From Candidatus Liptonbacteria bacterium (lineage in GTDB: Bacteria; Patescibacteriota; Minisyncoccia; UBA6257; 2-01-FULL-56-20), in assembly GCA_016204385.1 (NCBI GenBank), contig JACQKW010000006.1:1-36125 (forward strand): a stretch of 36,125 nt of DNA, read 5' to 3'. The position numbers and the translations under genes are program-made. Each line of letters starts with the position of its first letter. Within the stretch, counting starts at the first letter, position 1. Positions 1 to 7,824 of the stretch are shown piece after piece. The notes beneath the pieces are model-generated. The model had not been told where the DNA came from. It ran no database searches and was given only the letters and a program-made list of their open reading frames with translations.

Positions 1-348
1 GCTCTTTCCGGCGGCGCGCTATCGGGATTTTTTGCCGGTATGTTCGGCATTGGCGGGGCAATCCGCAGTATGTTTTTGTCCGCGTTTGATTTACCGAAAG
101 CGGTATATATCGCTACTGCGGGAGCAATCGGAATTATGGTTGATTCAACCCGCATCATTACTTATTTCACCGGTGGCGCAACGCTTCCAAAAGAACTCTG
201 GTACGGACTGCTCCTCTTTATTCCGATCTCGTTTGCGGGAGCGCAAATTGCGAAGAAAATCGTAGACAAAATACCGCAAAACAAATTCCGTATGGTAGTG
301 GCTGTTTTTCTATTTGTTATCGGCGCAAAATTGGTCTTATTTCCATAA
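1..348 (+). CDS. Sulfite exporter TauE/SafE (TSUP) family membrane protein, 5'-truncated by the window
   Basis: Frame 1 is open from base 1 (ALSGGALSGFFAGMFGIGG), a G-rich TSUP-type motif; hydrophobic helices continue to stop 348. Confidence 0.75.
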   Translation, partial: ALSGGALSGFFAGMFGIGGAIRSMFLSAFDLPKAVYIATAGAIGIMVDSTRIITYFTGGATLPKELWYGLLLFIPISFAGAQIAKKIVDKIPQNKFRMVVAVFLFVIGAKLVLFP

Positions 349-372
349 ACTAAAAAAGTCGCAGTATTCTAT

Positions 373-618
373 ATGACCAAAAAAGGAGCGGTGCACAGCG
401 TGCCGGCCGACTTGCGGAGGGCACTTGTCTCCGCTAAAGCGGCGCGATCGGCATGGGAGGATATTACGCCGCTCGCGCGAAATGAGTGGATATGCTGGGT
501 TACTTCCGCGAAGAAGCCCGAGACGAGGAATCGCCGGATCGAGAGAACACGCGCGGAGTTGACGGAAGGAAAGCGCCGGCCCTGTTGTTGGGCAGGCTGT
601 ATTCATCGCCAAAAATAA
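373..618 (+). CDS. YdeI/OmpD-associated family protein
   Basis: VPADLRRAL...LARNEWICWVTSAKKPETRNRRIE...GKRRPCCWAGC matches the family pattern. Confidence 0.85.
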   Translation: MTKKGAVHSVPADLRRALVSAKAARSAWEDITPLARNEWICWVTSAKKPETRNRRIERTRAELTEGKRRPCCWAGCIHRQK

Positions 619-722
619 TCTGAATCGGCGCACAGCGTCGGTTGTTTCTATAAAACAGCGTCCATACCGCTGATACCCCCGATCTTGACGATGCGGGACA
701 GAGGAGTAGGAGGGTGGGGTAA

Positions 723-751
723 TTGCGTATCAAGGGCATATTTGCTATTAT
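723..751 (+). promoter_or_regulatory. Sigma-70 promoter upstream of the tRNA pair
   Basis: TTGCGT (723-728), 17-nt spacer, extended -10 TG-C-TATTAT (746-751). Confidence 0.6.
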
Positions 752-759
752 TACAAACA

Positions 760-789
760 ATGCAACTACAATCGTTTATTAGACAATAA
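760..789 (+). other. Candidate leader peptide MQLQSFIRQ
   Basis: ATG 8 nt after the -10 box; codons ATG CAA CTA CAA TCG TTT ATT AGA CAA TAA; the stop overlaps the terminator arm. Confidence 0.35.
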
Positions 790-834
790 ACCGCCAACAA
801 CAACCGCATAGCGCGGTCGTTTTGGCGGTTTTTT
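788..834 (+). terminator. Intrinsic terminator-like hairpin in the tRNA operon leader
   Basis: AAACCGCCAA (788-797) pairs with TTGGCGGTTT (822-831); inner CCGC/GCGG stem; followed by a T-run. Confidence 0.6.
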
Positions 835-840
835 ATTTCT

Positions 841-912
841 GCTGCGGTAGCTTAACGGCAGAGCATTCCTCTGATACGGGAAAGGCTGGGGGTTCGACTC
901 CTCCCCAAGGCA
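841..912 (+). tRNA. tRNA-Ile(GAT), atypical acceptor stem, no encoded CCA
   Basis: D arm GCTT/GAGC; anticodon stem TTCCT/GGGAA with loop CT-GAT-AC; T arm GGGGG-TTCGACT-CCTCC; acceptor GCTGCGG/CCAAGGC has two mismatches. Confidence 0.7.
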
Positions 913-915
913 CAC

Positions 916-988
916 GCCCTCGTAGCTCAATGGACAGAGCGGGACGCTTCTATCGTCAAGGTTGCAGGTTCAAATCTTGCCGAGGGTA
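916..988 (+). tRNA. tRNA-Arg(TCT), no encoded CCA
   Basis: Acceptor GCCCTCG/CGAGGGT; D loop with A20 (Arg identity element); loop CT-TCT-AT; T arm GCAGG-TTCAAAT-CTTGC. Confidence 0.9.
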
Positions 989-1009
989 TTTATTTGATAT
1001 AATGGGCTT

Positions 1010-1360
1010 ATGAACCGACGCGCAATAGTTTTTTGTAATTCTATCCTCGGTTTTCTTGTAGGATTAAATATCCTCGTTTTCACAGCACTTTTCAGCAGTG
1101 TCGACATGCCGATCATTCACTATTTTGGCGGCATAGTTCCGATGTTTAAATATTACCTCTTTATCTCAAATTTCGGCGGCGCAATCATAGTACACGCTCT
1201 TGGCACGCTGATTGTTATGACGGGTGTTCGTTTGCTGATAACTCGCAGAGAGGCAAGTAATCTGGGACTTACGTTGGTTGGCATGCCGATCTCTTTCCTT
1301 GTGGTATCCATTTTAGAGCACTGGGGCGTTATTCTTGCGGGTGCCCCTCTCGCTTCTTAA
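1010..1360 (+). CDS. Hypothetical membrane protein (3-4 TM)
   Basis: 116-aa hydrophobic ORF; TG-A-TATAAT 6 nt before the ATG. Confidence 0.65.
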   Translation: MNRRAIVFCNSILGFLVGLNILVFTALFSSVDMPIIHYFGGIVPMFKYYLFISNFGGAIIVHALGTLIVMTGVRLLITRREASNLGLTLVGMPISFLVVSILEHWGVILAGAPLAS

Positions 1361-1455
1361 CTCAAGCTCAAGCGAGGGATTTGCAGAAAACGCAATTCTT
1401 CCCCAACCTTTCTCCAATCTACTGTTCTAAACGCGTCCAGCAGGGAGAGCCACAT
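1357..1455 (-). other. Short ORF MWLSLLDAFRTVDWRKVGEELRFLQIP..., overlapping a degenerate tRNA-3'-end-like sequence; possible integrase/att relic
   Basis: Plus strand 1424-1452 reads GTTCTAA...TCCAGCAGGGAGAGCCA, resembling a T-loop, acceptor strand and CCA. Confidence 0.3.
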
Positions 1456-1488
1456 TTGATATCGAGCATTCGGAGCAGGAAATTCACA

Positions 1489-2205
1489 TTATTCTTCCGG
1501 CGCGAATCGCGTGATTCTGTTTTTTCCCGCTTGCTTCGATTGCCGGAGCGCCTCATCCGCGCGTTTGAGCGAATCCTCCACCGTCTCGCCCGGAGTGAAA
1601 CCCGTGAGGCCACCGCTTAAGGTGACCGGGATTTTTTTGCCCTCCACCTCCACTTCAAAACTAATCTTCGCTTCCTCCTCTCCCTCTGCGGTGAATTTGT
1701 GAATGACCATATCTTCTTCCGCATCATTGAACGCGATCAAAAATTCTTCCCCGCCCCAGCGTCCCACCACATCGCGGCCCCGGGTTTCCCGCCGCAAATG
1801 TTCCGCGACCGCCGTTAAGACTTTGTCGCCGACCGCATGCCCGTATCGTTCGTTTATATGTTTGAAATCATCAACGTCGAGGAGAAGGAAGCTTACCTTT
1901 CCCCGCGAATGACGGCGCTCCGGAATCTCATCTTCGGGGACGGGGAGAATTTTTTCGACTTCCTCCTCGAAGCCCCGGCGGTTCGCGATGCCGGTTAATG
2001 GATCTTTCGTGGATAGCTTGGCAAGGCGTTCGTTCTCGCGAGAGAGATATTGATTCTCAAGCGTGAGCAGTTCGTTCTGAAGCCGGAGCTTTTCCGCCTC
2101 GTCGGCGATTTCTTTGTCCAATCTCTGCGCAAGCTGTTCACGCGAGGCCTCGAAGTCATCGCTTTCCTCGGTGTGGATTTCGGGTGGCACGAACTCGAAC
2201 TTCAT
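1489..2205 (-). CDS. Diguanylate cyclase (GGDEF domain) with N-terminal coiled coil
   Basis: DPLTGIANRRGF, LLDVDDFKHINERYGHAVGD, RxxD I-site (RGRD) and GGEEF motif. Confidence 0.92.
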   Translation of the reverse strand: MKFEFVPPEIHTEESDDFEASREQLAQRLDKEIADEAEKLRLQNELLTLENQYLSRENERLAKLSTKDPLTGIANRRGFEEEVEKILPVPEDEIPERRHSRGKVSFLLLDVDDFKHINERYGHAVGDKVLTAVAEHLRRETRGRDVVGRWGGEEFLIAFNDAEEDMVIHKFTAEGEEEAKISFEVEVEGKKIPVTLSGGLTGFTPGETVEDSLKRADEALRQSKQAGKNRITRFAPEE

Positions 2206-2240
2206 CGTTTTCTTGATAGTACTACGGCGTGCGGAAAAAG

Positions 2241-2270
2241 AAAAACGCCCCGCAGTGCGGAGCGTTTTTT
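2241..2270 (-). terminator. Terminator of nrdJ; near-copy of the hairpin at 16224
   Basis: AAAAACGCCCCGC-AGT-GCGGAGCGTTTTTT; the single mismatch is a U-G pair on the minus strand. Confidence 0.7.
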
Positions 2271-2274
2271 CGTA

Positions 2275-2309
2275 TCTAATTTCTAAGTTCTAACTACTAA
2301 CAGCTATTT
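2275..2309. repeat. Period-7 degenerate tandem repeat (CTAA core)
   Basis: TCTAATT TCTAAGT TCTAACT ACTAACA GCTATTT. Confidence 0.8.
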
Positions 2310-2310
2310 T

Positions 2311-4767
2311 TCACATACACCGTGAGAACCCGCAGTTATTGCAGCTCATGCACCCTTCGCTCATTTGGAGTGCGCCCCCGCAGTCCGGGCAGCCCGGCAT
2401 GAAACCGAAATCAGCAATGGCTTTTTTCTTGTAGCGCAGATCGGAACCCGCCGCCGCATGCACTTCCGCCACTGCTTCGACCGGCGCACCCTCACGCACG
2501 GGGGTCTTGGGATTTCCGTTCGTCTTTACATGTTCTTCGAGCACTTGACCGATCGCGTCCGGGAGCGAGAGTATGGTTCCTTTGTTTGTCATGACCGGCA
2601 TCGGCCCCCGGATGCCCTTCAAATTCCCGATTACCTCCTCCACTTTTACGCCCGAGCGGAGGGAGAGCGAGACCAAACGGCAGATCCCCTCGCTCTGTTC
2701 CTGGAAATAGCCGCCGGTTTTCCCGATGGTGGCAAAGACCTCGAACGGCGCGCCGCGCTCGTCGTTGTTTACGGTCACATAGAGATTGCCGTATCCGGTT
2801 TTCACCTTATATGTCTTCCCGGCCATTACCTCGGGCCGCACGCGGGGCTCGATGCCGCCGCTCGATACCAAGACCTGCGCGGGGGCGGAGGACTCGGCGT
2901 CCTTCGATGTGAGCGTGCCGCCTTTCCCGATTTCCGAAGGCGCCACAAGGTTTTCTCCCGTGCCGATGTTCAAGATCTGCACGTTCCTGCTTCCGTCGCG
3001 GTAGACGGTCGTGCACTTGCATTTCATCTTCCAGCCAAGGACATAGCCCTGGAGCACGTCCTCTTTCGTGGCGGAATTCGGAAAATTGATGGTTTTCGAT
3101 ATCGAATTATCAACGTGTTTCTGGAAAGACGCCTGCATCAGGATGTGATCCTCTGCGGAGATGTCCATCGCAACCACGAAGGTTTTGCGCAGTTCCTCGG
3201 GGATGTCCTTCAAATGCTGGATGGTGCCCGTGCGGACCACCTCCTCTTTTATTTCCGATATTTTTTCTTCCGAAAGACCCGCGTGCGTGAGCGCGTGTTC
3301 GAAGTACCGGTTGAAGTAGCGGTATTGGTGGCCGTCCTTGTCCTGCTTCACGTAGGCGAGCGCGAAGTTCGGTTCCACCCCCGATGAACAGTCGAGCATC
3401 ATGGAAATTGAACCGGTGGGCGCGACAGTCGTGAGCGCCGCGTTGCGGTGCGGGTCGTCCATGTAAATGCTGAGTTTCAAGTTTGGAAAAGGCTCTTTTT
3501 CTTTTGCAAGCTCCCGCGACATTTCGTGCGCGGTGTCGGTTACGGTTTTCATGATGCGCTCCGCGAGCCGTCGGCCTTCTGCGGTGTTGTACCCGACTCC
3601 CAACTGATAGAGAAGGTCGGCAAACCCCATGATGCCAAGCCCGATCCGGCGATTCTTCCGCGCGAGATCGGTGACCGCCTTTACGGGGAAATCGAAAAGA
3701 TCGATGACGTTATCCATAAGGCGCACCGCGGTTTTGGTCGCAAATTTGAGGCGTGCCCAGCCTATTTTCCCGTCTTTCACGAACGCCGCGAGATTAAGGG
3801 ATCCAAGATTGCAGTTGTCGTAGTGGTGGAGAAATTGTTCGCCGCACGGGTTCGAACAATCAATCGCGCCCAATCCCGGAAGGGGATTCGTGCGGTTCAC
3901 TTCGTCAATGAACACGATGCCCGGTTCGCCGTTCAGCCACGCATAGGTGACGATCTCGTCGAAGAGTTCGCCGACCGTGATGTCGAGCTCCTCGACGCCC
4001 GTGACCGAACCGCTCGGGGCGCGGAGCACGCGGCGCGGCTTCATCTTTTTCCCATTCCATTCGCAGAGCCACGGTTCGTCCGGATGTTCGGTGAGCGCGC
4101 GCATGAATTCGTCCGTCACTTTGATTGAAATATTGAAATTGCGGATCTCGCCCTCGATTTCTTTTGCGCGTATGAAATCCAAAACGTCGGGGTGGTCAAT
4201 CTGCATCATCGCCATGTTCGCGCCGTGCCGCCCCTGCTGTTTGATCACGCCGAATGCTTCGTTGTACACCTTGAGGAATGATACGGGGCCCGAGGAAACG
4301 CCGCGGGATTTTTTTGTGGGGGTATACGCGGGGCGGAGATGCGAGAAATCGAATCCGAGTCCCGAACCTGCCTGCTGGAGAAGCGCGGCGTCCTTCAATG
4401 TTTGAAAAATGCTCTCCATCGAATCGAGGACGGGGAGCACAATGCAATTTGCAATAAGCGGCGTGGGCGCGCCGGCGTTCGTCATCGTGCGGCCCGCGGG
4501 CGTGTATTCTTTTTTCGAGAGGATTTCGAAGAAATCGCGCTCTACTTTGCGGACGAACTGGTCATCGAGGCCGTAATTTTTCTCGACTGACGCGAGCGCA
4601 TGGGCGACGCGCGCGAACATCTCGGCCGGAGTCTCTTGTGAGCCGTCGTCGCGGGTTACCAGATACCTCTTGCGCATCATTTTGAGCGCGTTTTCCGAAA
4701 ACGAGGCGTTGATTTTTTCGTACTCCGACGCTTTGCCGACCCCGCGAACTTGTTTTCTCTCTCCCAT
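2311..4767 (-). CDS. nrdJ: Class II (adenosylcobalamin-dependent) ribonucleotide reductase with C-terminal NrdJb-like domain and Zn ribbon
   Basis: TPAGRT, NCIVL, SNPCGE, NCNLGS, APTGSIS, TVYRDGSR; C-terminal CPDC...CNNC; no ATP cone. Start set at ATG 4767, downstream of the promoter, not at 5322. Confidence 0.92.
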   Translation of the reverse strand: MGERKQVRGVGKASEYEKINASFSENALKMMRKRYLVTRDDGSQETPAEMFARVAHALASVEKNYGLDDQFVRKVERDFFEILSKKEYTPAGRTMTNAGAPTPLIANCIVLPVLDSMESIFQTLKDAALLQQAGSGLGFDFSHLRPAYTPTKKSRGVSSGPVSFLKVYNEAFGVIKQQGRHGANMAMMQIDHPDVLDFIRAKEIEGEIRNFNISIKVTDEFMRALTEHPDEPWLCEWNGKKMKPRRVLRAPSGSVTGVEELDITVGELFDEIVTYAWLNGEPGIVFIDEVNRTNPLPGLGAIDCSNPCGEQFLHHYDNCNLGSLNLAAFVKDGKIGWARLKFATKTAVRLMDNVIDLFDFPVKAVTDLARKNRRIGLGIMGFADLLYQLGVGYNTAEGRRLAERIMKTVTDTAHEMSRELAKEKEPFPNLKLSIYMDDPHRNAALTTVAPTGSISMMLDCSSGVEPNFALAYVKQDKDGHQYRYFNRYFEHALTHAGLSEEKISEIKEEVVRTGTIQHLKDIPEELRKTFVVAMDISAEDHILMQASFQKHVDNSISKTINFPNSATKEDVLQGYVLGWKMKCKCTTVYRDGSRNVQILNIGTGENLVAPSEIGKGGTLTSKDAESSAPAQVLVSSGGIEPRVRPEVMAGKTYKVKTGYGNLYVTVNNDERGAPFEVFATIGKTGGYFQEQSEGICRLVSLSLRSGVKVEEVIGNLKGIRGPMPVMTNKGTILSLPDAIGQVLEEHVKTNGNPKTPVREGAPVEAVAEVHAAAGSDLRYKKKAIADFGFMPGCPDCGGALQMSEGCMSCNNCGFSRCM

Positions 4768-4810
4768 GCGATTTTTATTCTTTTGATGACCTTTTTTCTT
4801 GCGCAAGACA

Positions 4811-4819
4811 AGTATACCA
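4811..4819 (-). promoter_or_regulatory. Extended -10 promoter of nrdJ
   Basis: Minus strand TG-G-TATACT, 43 nt upstream of ATG 4767. Confidence 0.6.
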
Positions 4820-4837
4820 CCGCAGTTTTTTCTCAAA

Positions 4838-4846
4838 TGTGGATAA
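4838..4846. promoter_or_regulatory. Perfect DnaA box in the nrdJ promoter
   Basis: TGTGGATAA is the reverse complement of TTATCCACA and sits at about the -35 position. Confidence 0.55.
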
Positions 4847-4912
4847 AGACTTGTCAAAACGCAAAAACGTTTTGCTGTGGCTCTGCGCGGGCGGCTCACG
4901 GCGGTCGCAGGG

Positions 4913-5714
4913 CTAAAAACCTCGAACCCCCGGACTTCCATGACAGGGAAATATGAATTGTAACGAAAAAAACCGCGCCAAACGGCTTGACGCGGATTGG
5001 GGGAAGCCTCTTCGGCCGCCATTTTGCGAAACGAAGGGACAGCGAAGTTTCCATTCGGCTTTATTTTCGATCCTGCGCGCTTCTTCACGGGAGAAACCGG
5101 GCAAAACTCCGATTTCCATGAGTGTCTTGGGTTCGAAATGGGCCGCGCCGCCGTTTTTTCCGGGTGAAAAATCGAATTGAAGGCATATCGAGACATGCGC
5201 TTGAGGGTGAAGCGTCCCAGAGGGGTCTGGGAAGGCGCTTTGGCCGAGCTCCCGGAGCAACAAGGAGTTCTCCCTTCCCGGCGCGACACGCCGAAGCGAT
5301 TGCGGGCTGATTTTCGCGGCATCGCGTTCTCGATTTTTCGGCGCAGTTGTCGTACGCGGGAGAGAAACGCGCATGCGAGCGTTCATGGTTCATGCCGCAC
5401 GCTTCGATCTCCAAAAATACGTCTTAAAGGGTGCGCCGGGCGGCACACGTGGTGAGCGTGGCGCCCCGATCGGGTTGATGCCAGTCAATTGCCTCACGGA
5501 GCCCTTCGGCGCCCTCGTGTAAGCAGTTTCTGATATCGTCCCGCGAGAGGCACATTGTGCCGGCTCGTGTCGCCGCGAAGCGCATGCGGTGAAGGAGTGC
5601 GGCATTTCGAAGTCGCCGCGATTCCTCCCGTGCGATCCCGCGCGCGCTCATGCGGCGGAGAAGGATACGCATCTCTTCGCTCGGAAGCGGGGGCGGGCAG
5701 TGCGCACGCCGCAT
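4913..5714 (-). pseudogene. Decayed RpoD/sigma-70 family factor
   Basis: One frame has region 1.2-like PPLPSEEMRILLRR and region 2-like LHEGAEGLREAIDWHQPDRGATLTTCA, then TAA at 5424-5426. Another frame has region 4-like TLHPQAHVSICLQFDF...EPKTLMEIGVLPGFSREEARRIENKAEWKLRCP. Confidence 0.7.
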
Positions 5715-5877
5715 TGAGAGGCCGCGCACGCGACGGCGTTGCAAGTGCCCCGCGCGGACTTTTTTACCGCGAAGGTTTTGATGAGCGATACGGCCGCTCT
5801 CCTTTGGGATTTTTTGTCCTGCGGATGGCGGTTTGTGCAGTACGGGAGCGTTTGATAAAATAGAATTGATTTTTCCC

Positions 5878-7299
5878 ATGGATCGGCGCGAAGGATTTTT
5901 GTCGAAGCACCGGAGAGGCGGCGCGGCGTACCTGCCGTGGGTTCTTTTTGGGGGACTATGCGCCGTCGCGTTGATTGCGATTATCGGCGCGAAGAGCGCT
6001 TCGGTCCGAAATGCGCCGCAGATCGCGACGAAAAGTTTACGCGATGCCTTCCGCAGCGAAGACCGTTTCAAACTCGCTGCAGAAATTGATCTTGTGCGCG
6101 GAGACGAGCCGGATGCCGCGCGCTCGCTCGGGGGCAGTAGGGCGGCACACGGCGAAAAAAAGATTTCCGAAGGAGCGCCGGCGATTCAGAAAATAAAATC
6201 AGAACCCCCGGGTGTTCCCGATCCGGCGATCCGAGAATGCGACATTGGCGCGCCGTTCACTCCCACGGGCGGCGCGCGAATAAATGAAATTGCGTGGATG
6301 GGAACGTCCGCGAGCGCGCAGAACGAGTGGGTGGAAATTTATTCGCCGGGAAGCGAAATCGTACCGCTCTACGGCACGCGGCTCGTAGTTGTGGGCGGAG
6401 AAATTGATGTCCGCTTCGAAAAAGAAAACCCCGCGCCTTCAGGATACCTTCTTCTTGAACGGACGGACGATTCGAGCGTCCCCGGAATCACGGCAAACCT
6501 CATATATAAAGGAAACCTCTCAAATAGCGGCGCGTGGCTTCGGCTTTTTACTGCGGAGTGCGCATTGCTTGATGAAATTGACGCGAGTTCGGGATGGCCT
6601 GCCGGCGAAAACGCCTCGAAAAAGACGCTTGAACGGAATCAGGACGGCGTTGGGTGGCATACGAGCGCGTTCACCCACGGCACGCCCGGCGCGAAAAATT
6701 CCGAACCCGCCGCGGTTTCAGGGGAATCCCCTCAAAACAATCCTCCCGCGCCCAGCGCGGCAGAACCTCCTCCGCCCGCTCCCCCTCCTCCGCCATCTGG
6801 CGGACCAGCGCCGCCCGTAAACCCGTCTCCCCCCTCTCCGCCGTCCCCGGCGAGCGCACCTGCGGTGGTGATCCACGAAATTCTTGCGGGTATCGACGGC
6901 AACCCAGATTACGAATTCATCGAGCTCTACAACACAGGCGATGCGCCGGTAAATCTCTCGGGCTGGGAATTGCGGAAGCGATCTTCTTCCGGGAGCGAGA
7001 GCAATCTTGTGGACGACGCGAAATTCACGGGCACGATTCCCGGGAAAGGATATTTTCTCATCGCAAGTCCTTCGTACCTCGGCGCGCCTGCAGCAGATCT
7101 CGTATATTCCGCCGCGTCCGCGAACATTGCGTACACTGAAAACTCGCTCGTGCTCTACGGCGGAGATTATCGTGCAGGAGCTTTGATCGACGAAATTCAC
7201 TGGATGGAAATTCCGAAGGGCAAAAGCTATGAGCGCGAGGGAGAAAACGGCGCGTTTGCGGTCCGCGATGCGCCGACGCCGCGAAACTCCCAGAACTAA
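5878..7299 (+). CDS. Membrane-anchored protein with two lamin-tail domains and a Pro-rich linker
   Basis: N-terminal TM; INEIAWMG...NEWVEIY and IHEILAG...EFIELYN...VNLSGW motifs. Confidence 0.8.
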   Translation: MDRREGFLSKHRRGGAAYLPWVLFGGLCAVALIAIIGAKSASVRNAPQIATKSLRDAFRSEDRFKLAAEIDLVRGDEPDAARSLGGSRAAHGEKKISEGAPAIQKIKSEPPGVPDPAIRECDIGAPFTPTGGARINEIAWMGTSASAQNEWVEIYSPGSEIVPLYGTRLVVVGGEIDVRFEKENPAPSGYLLLERTDDSSVPGITANLIYKGNLSNSGAWLRLFTAECALLDEIDASSGWPAGENASKKTLERNQDGVGWHTSAFTHGTPGAKNSEPAAVSGESPQNNPPAPSAAEPPPPAPPPPPSGGPAPPVNPSPPSPPSPASAPAVVIHEILAGIDGNPDYEFIELYNTGDAPVNLSGWELRKRSSSGSESNLVDDAKFTGTIPGKGYFLIASPSYLGAPAADLVYSAASANIAYTENSLVLYGGDYRAGALIDEIHWMEIPKGKSYEREGENGAFAVRDAPTPRNSQN

Positions 7300-7809
7300 A
7301 TGCGCGACCTTGTCGTGATTCTCCACAACGTCCGGAGCATCCACAACGTGGGCTCGATTTTTCGAACTGCCGAGGCCGCAGGCGCGAAAAAAATTTATCT
7401 CGCCGGTTTCACGCCTTCGCCCGTCGACCGCGTGGGCGCGCTTCGTTCGCAATTTCGCAAAGTGTCGCTCGGCGCGGAGCGAACGCTCCCGTGGGAGAAA
7501 ATTTCGAATGTGAATGGGCTCATGCAGAAACTCCGCGAGAAACAAAACTACCGCGTCTACGCCGTTGAGCAAACGGATCGCTCGAAGCCGTATTACGAAC
7601 TGCGGCGGGTTCCGCGGCGATGCGCGCTCATTCTTGGAAATGAGGTGCGCGGCATTCCGCGATCGGTGTGGAAAAACGCGGACGAGGTAATGGATATTCC
7701 GCTCCAAGGGAAAAAGGAATCATTGAACGTGAGCGTTGCGGCGGGGATAGCGCTATTTCATTTTCTGCACGCAGGGGAAAGTGGAATACCCGCGCATCGC
7801 GGGGTATAA
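7300..7809 (+). CDS. TrmH/SpoU family RNA methyltransferase
   Basis: LHNVRSIHNVGSIFRTAEAAG; LILGNEVRGI; IPLQGKKESLNVSVAAGI. Confidence 0.9.
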   Translation: MRDLVVILHNVRSIHNVGSIFRTAEAAGAKKIYLAGFTPSPVDRVGALRSQFRKVSLGAERTLPWEKISNVNGLMQKLREKQNYRVYAVEQTDRSKPYYELRRVPRRCALILGNEVRGIPRSVWKNADEVMDIPLQGKKESLNVSVAAGIALFHFLHAGESGIPAHRGV

Positions 7810-7824
7810 TTACGGCTGTGCGCG

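Noticed and set aside
500-760. 86-aa minus-strand ORF
   Set aside because: It overlaps the YdeI-like gene and the tRNA promoter and has no recognisable motif.
2311-4767. Intein or intron in nrdJ
   Set aside because: Catalytic motifs are normally spaced, and I saw no splice-junction or LAGLIDADG motifs.
4770-5100. Cobalamin riboswitch upstream of nrdJ
   Set aside because: The leader from the predicted promoter is only about 37 nt and I could not find a B12 box.
4768-5322. 185-aa N-terminal extension of nrdJ in the ORF track
   Set aside because: It has no RNR-like content, crosses the promoter and DnaA box, and overlaps the sigma relic.
5390-5392. TGA recoding (genetic code 25) to rescue the sigma ORF
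   Set aside because: Many intact genes (nrdJ, both glgA, pfkB, fba, M16) end in TGA, several in ATGA overlaps; a TAA and frameshifts would remain anyway.
6740-6860. C-rich tract as a DNA repeat element
   Set aside because: Explained by the Pro-rich linker between the lamin-tail domains.
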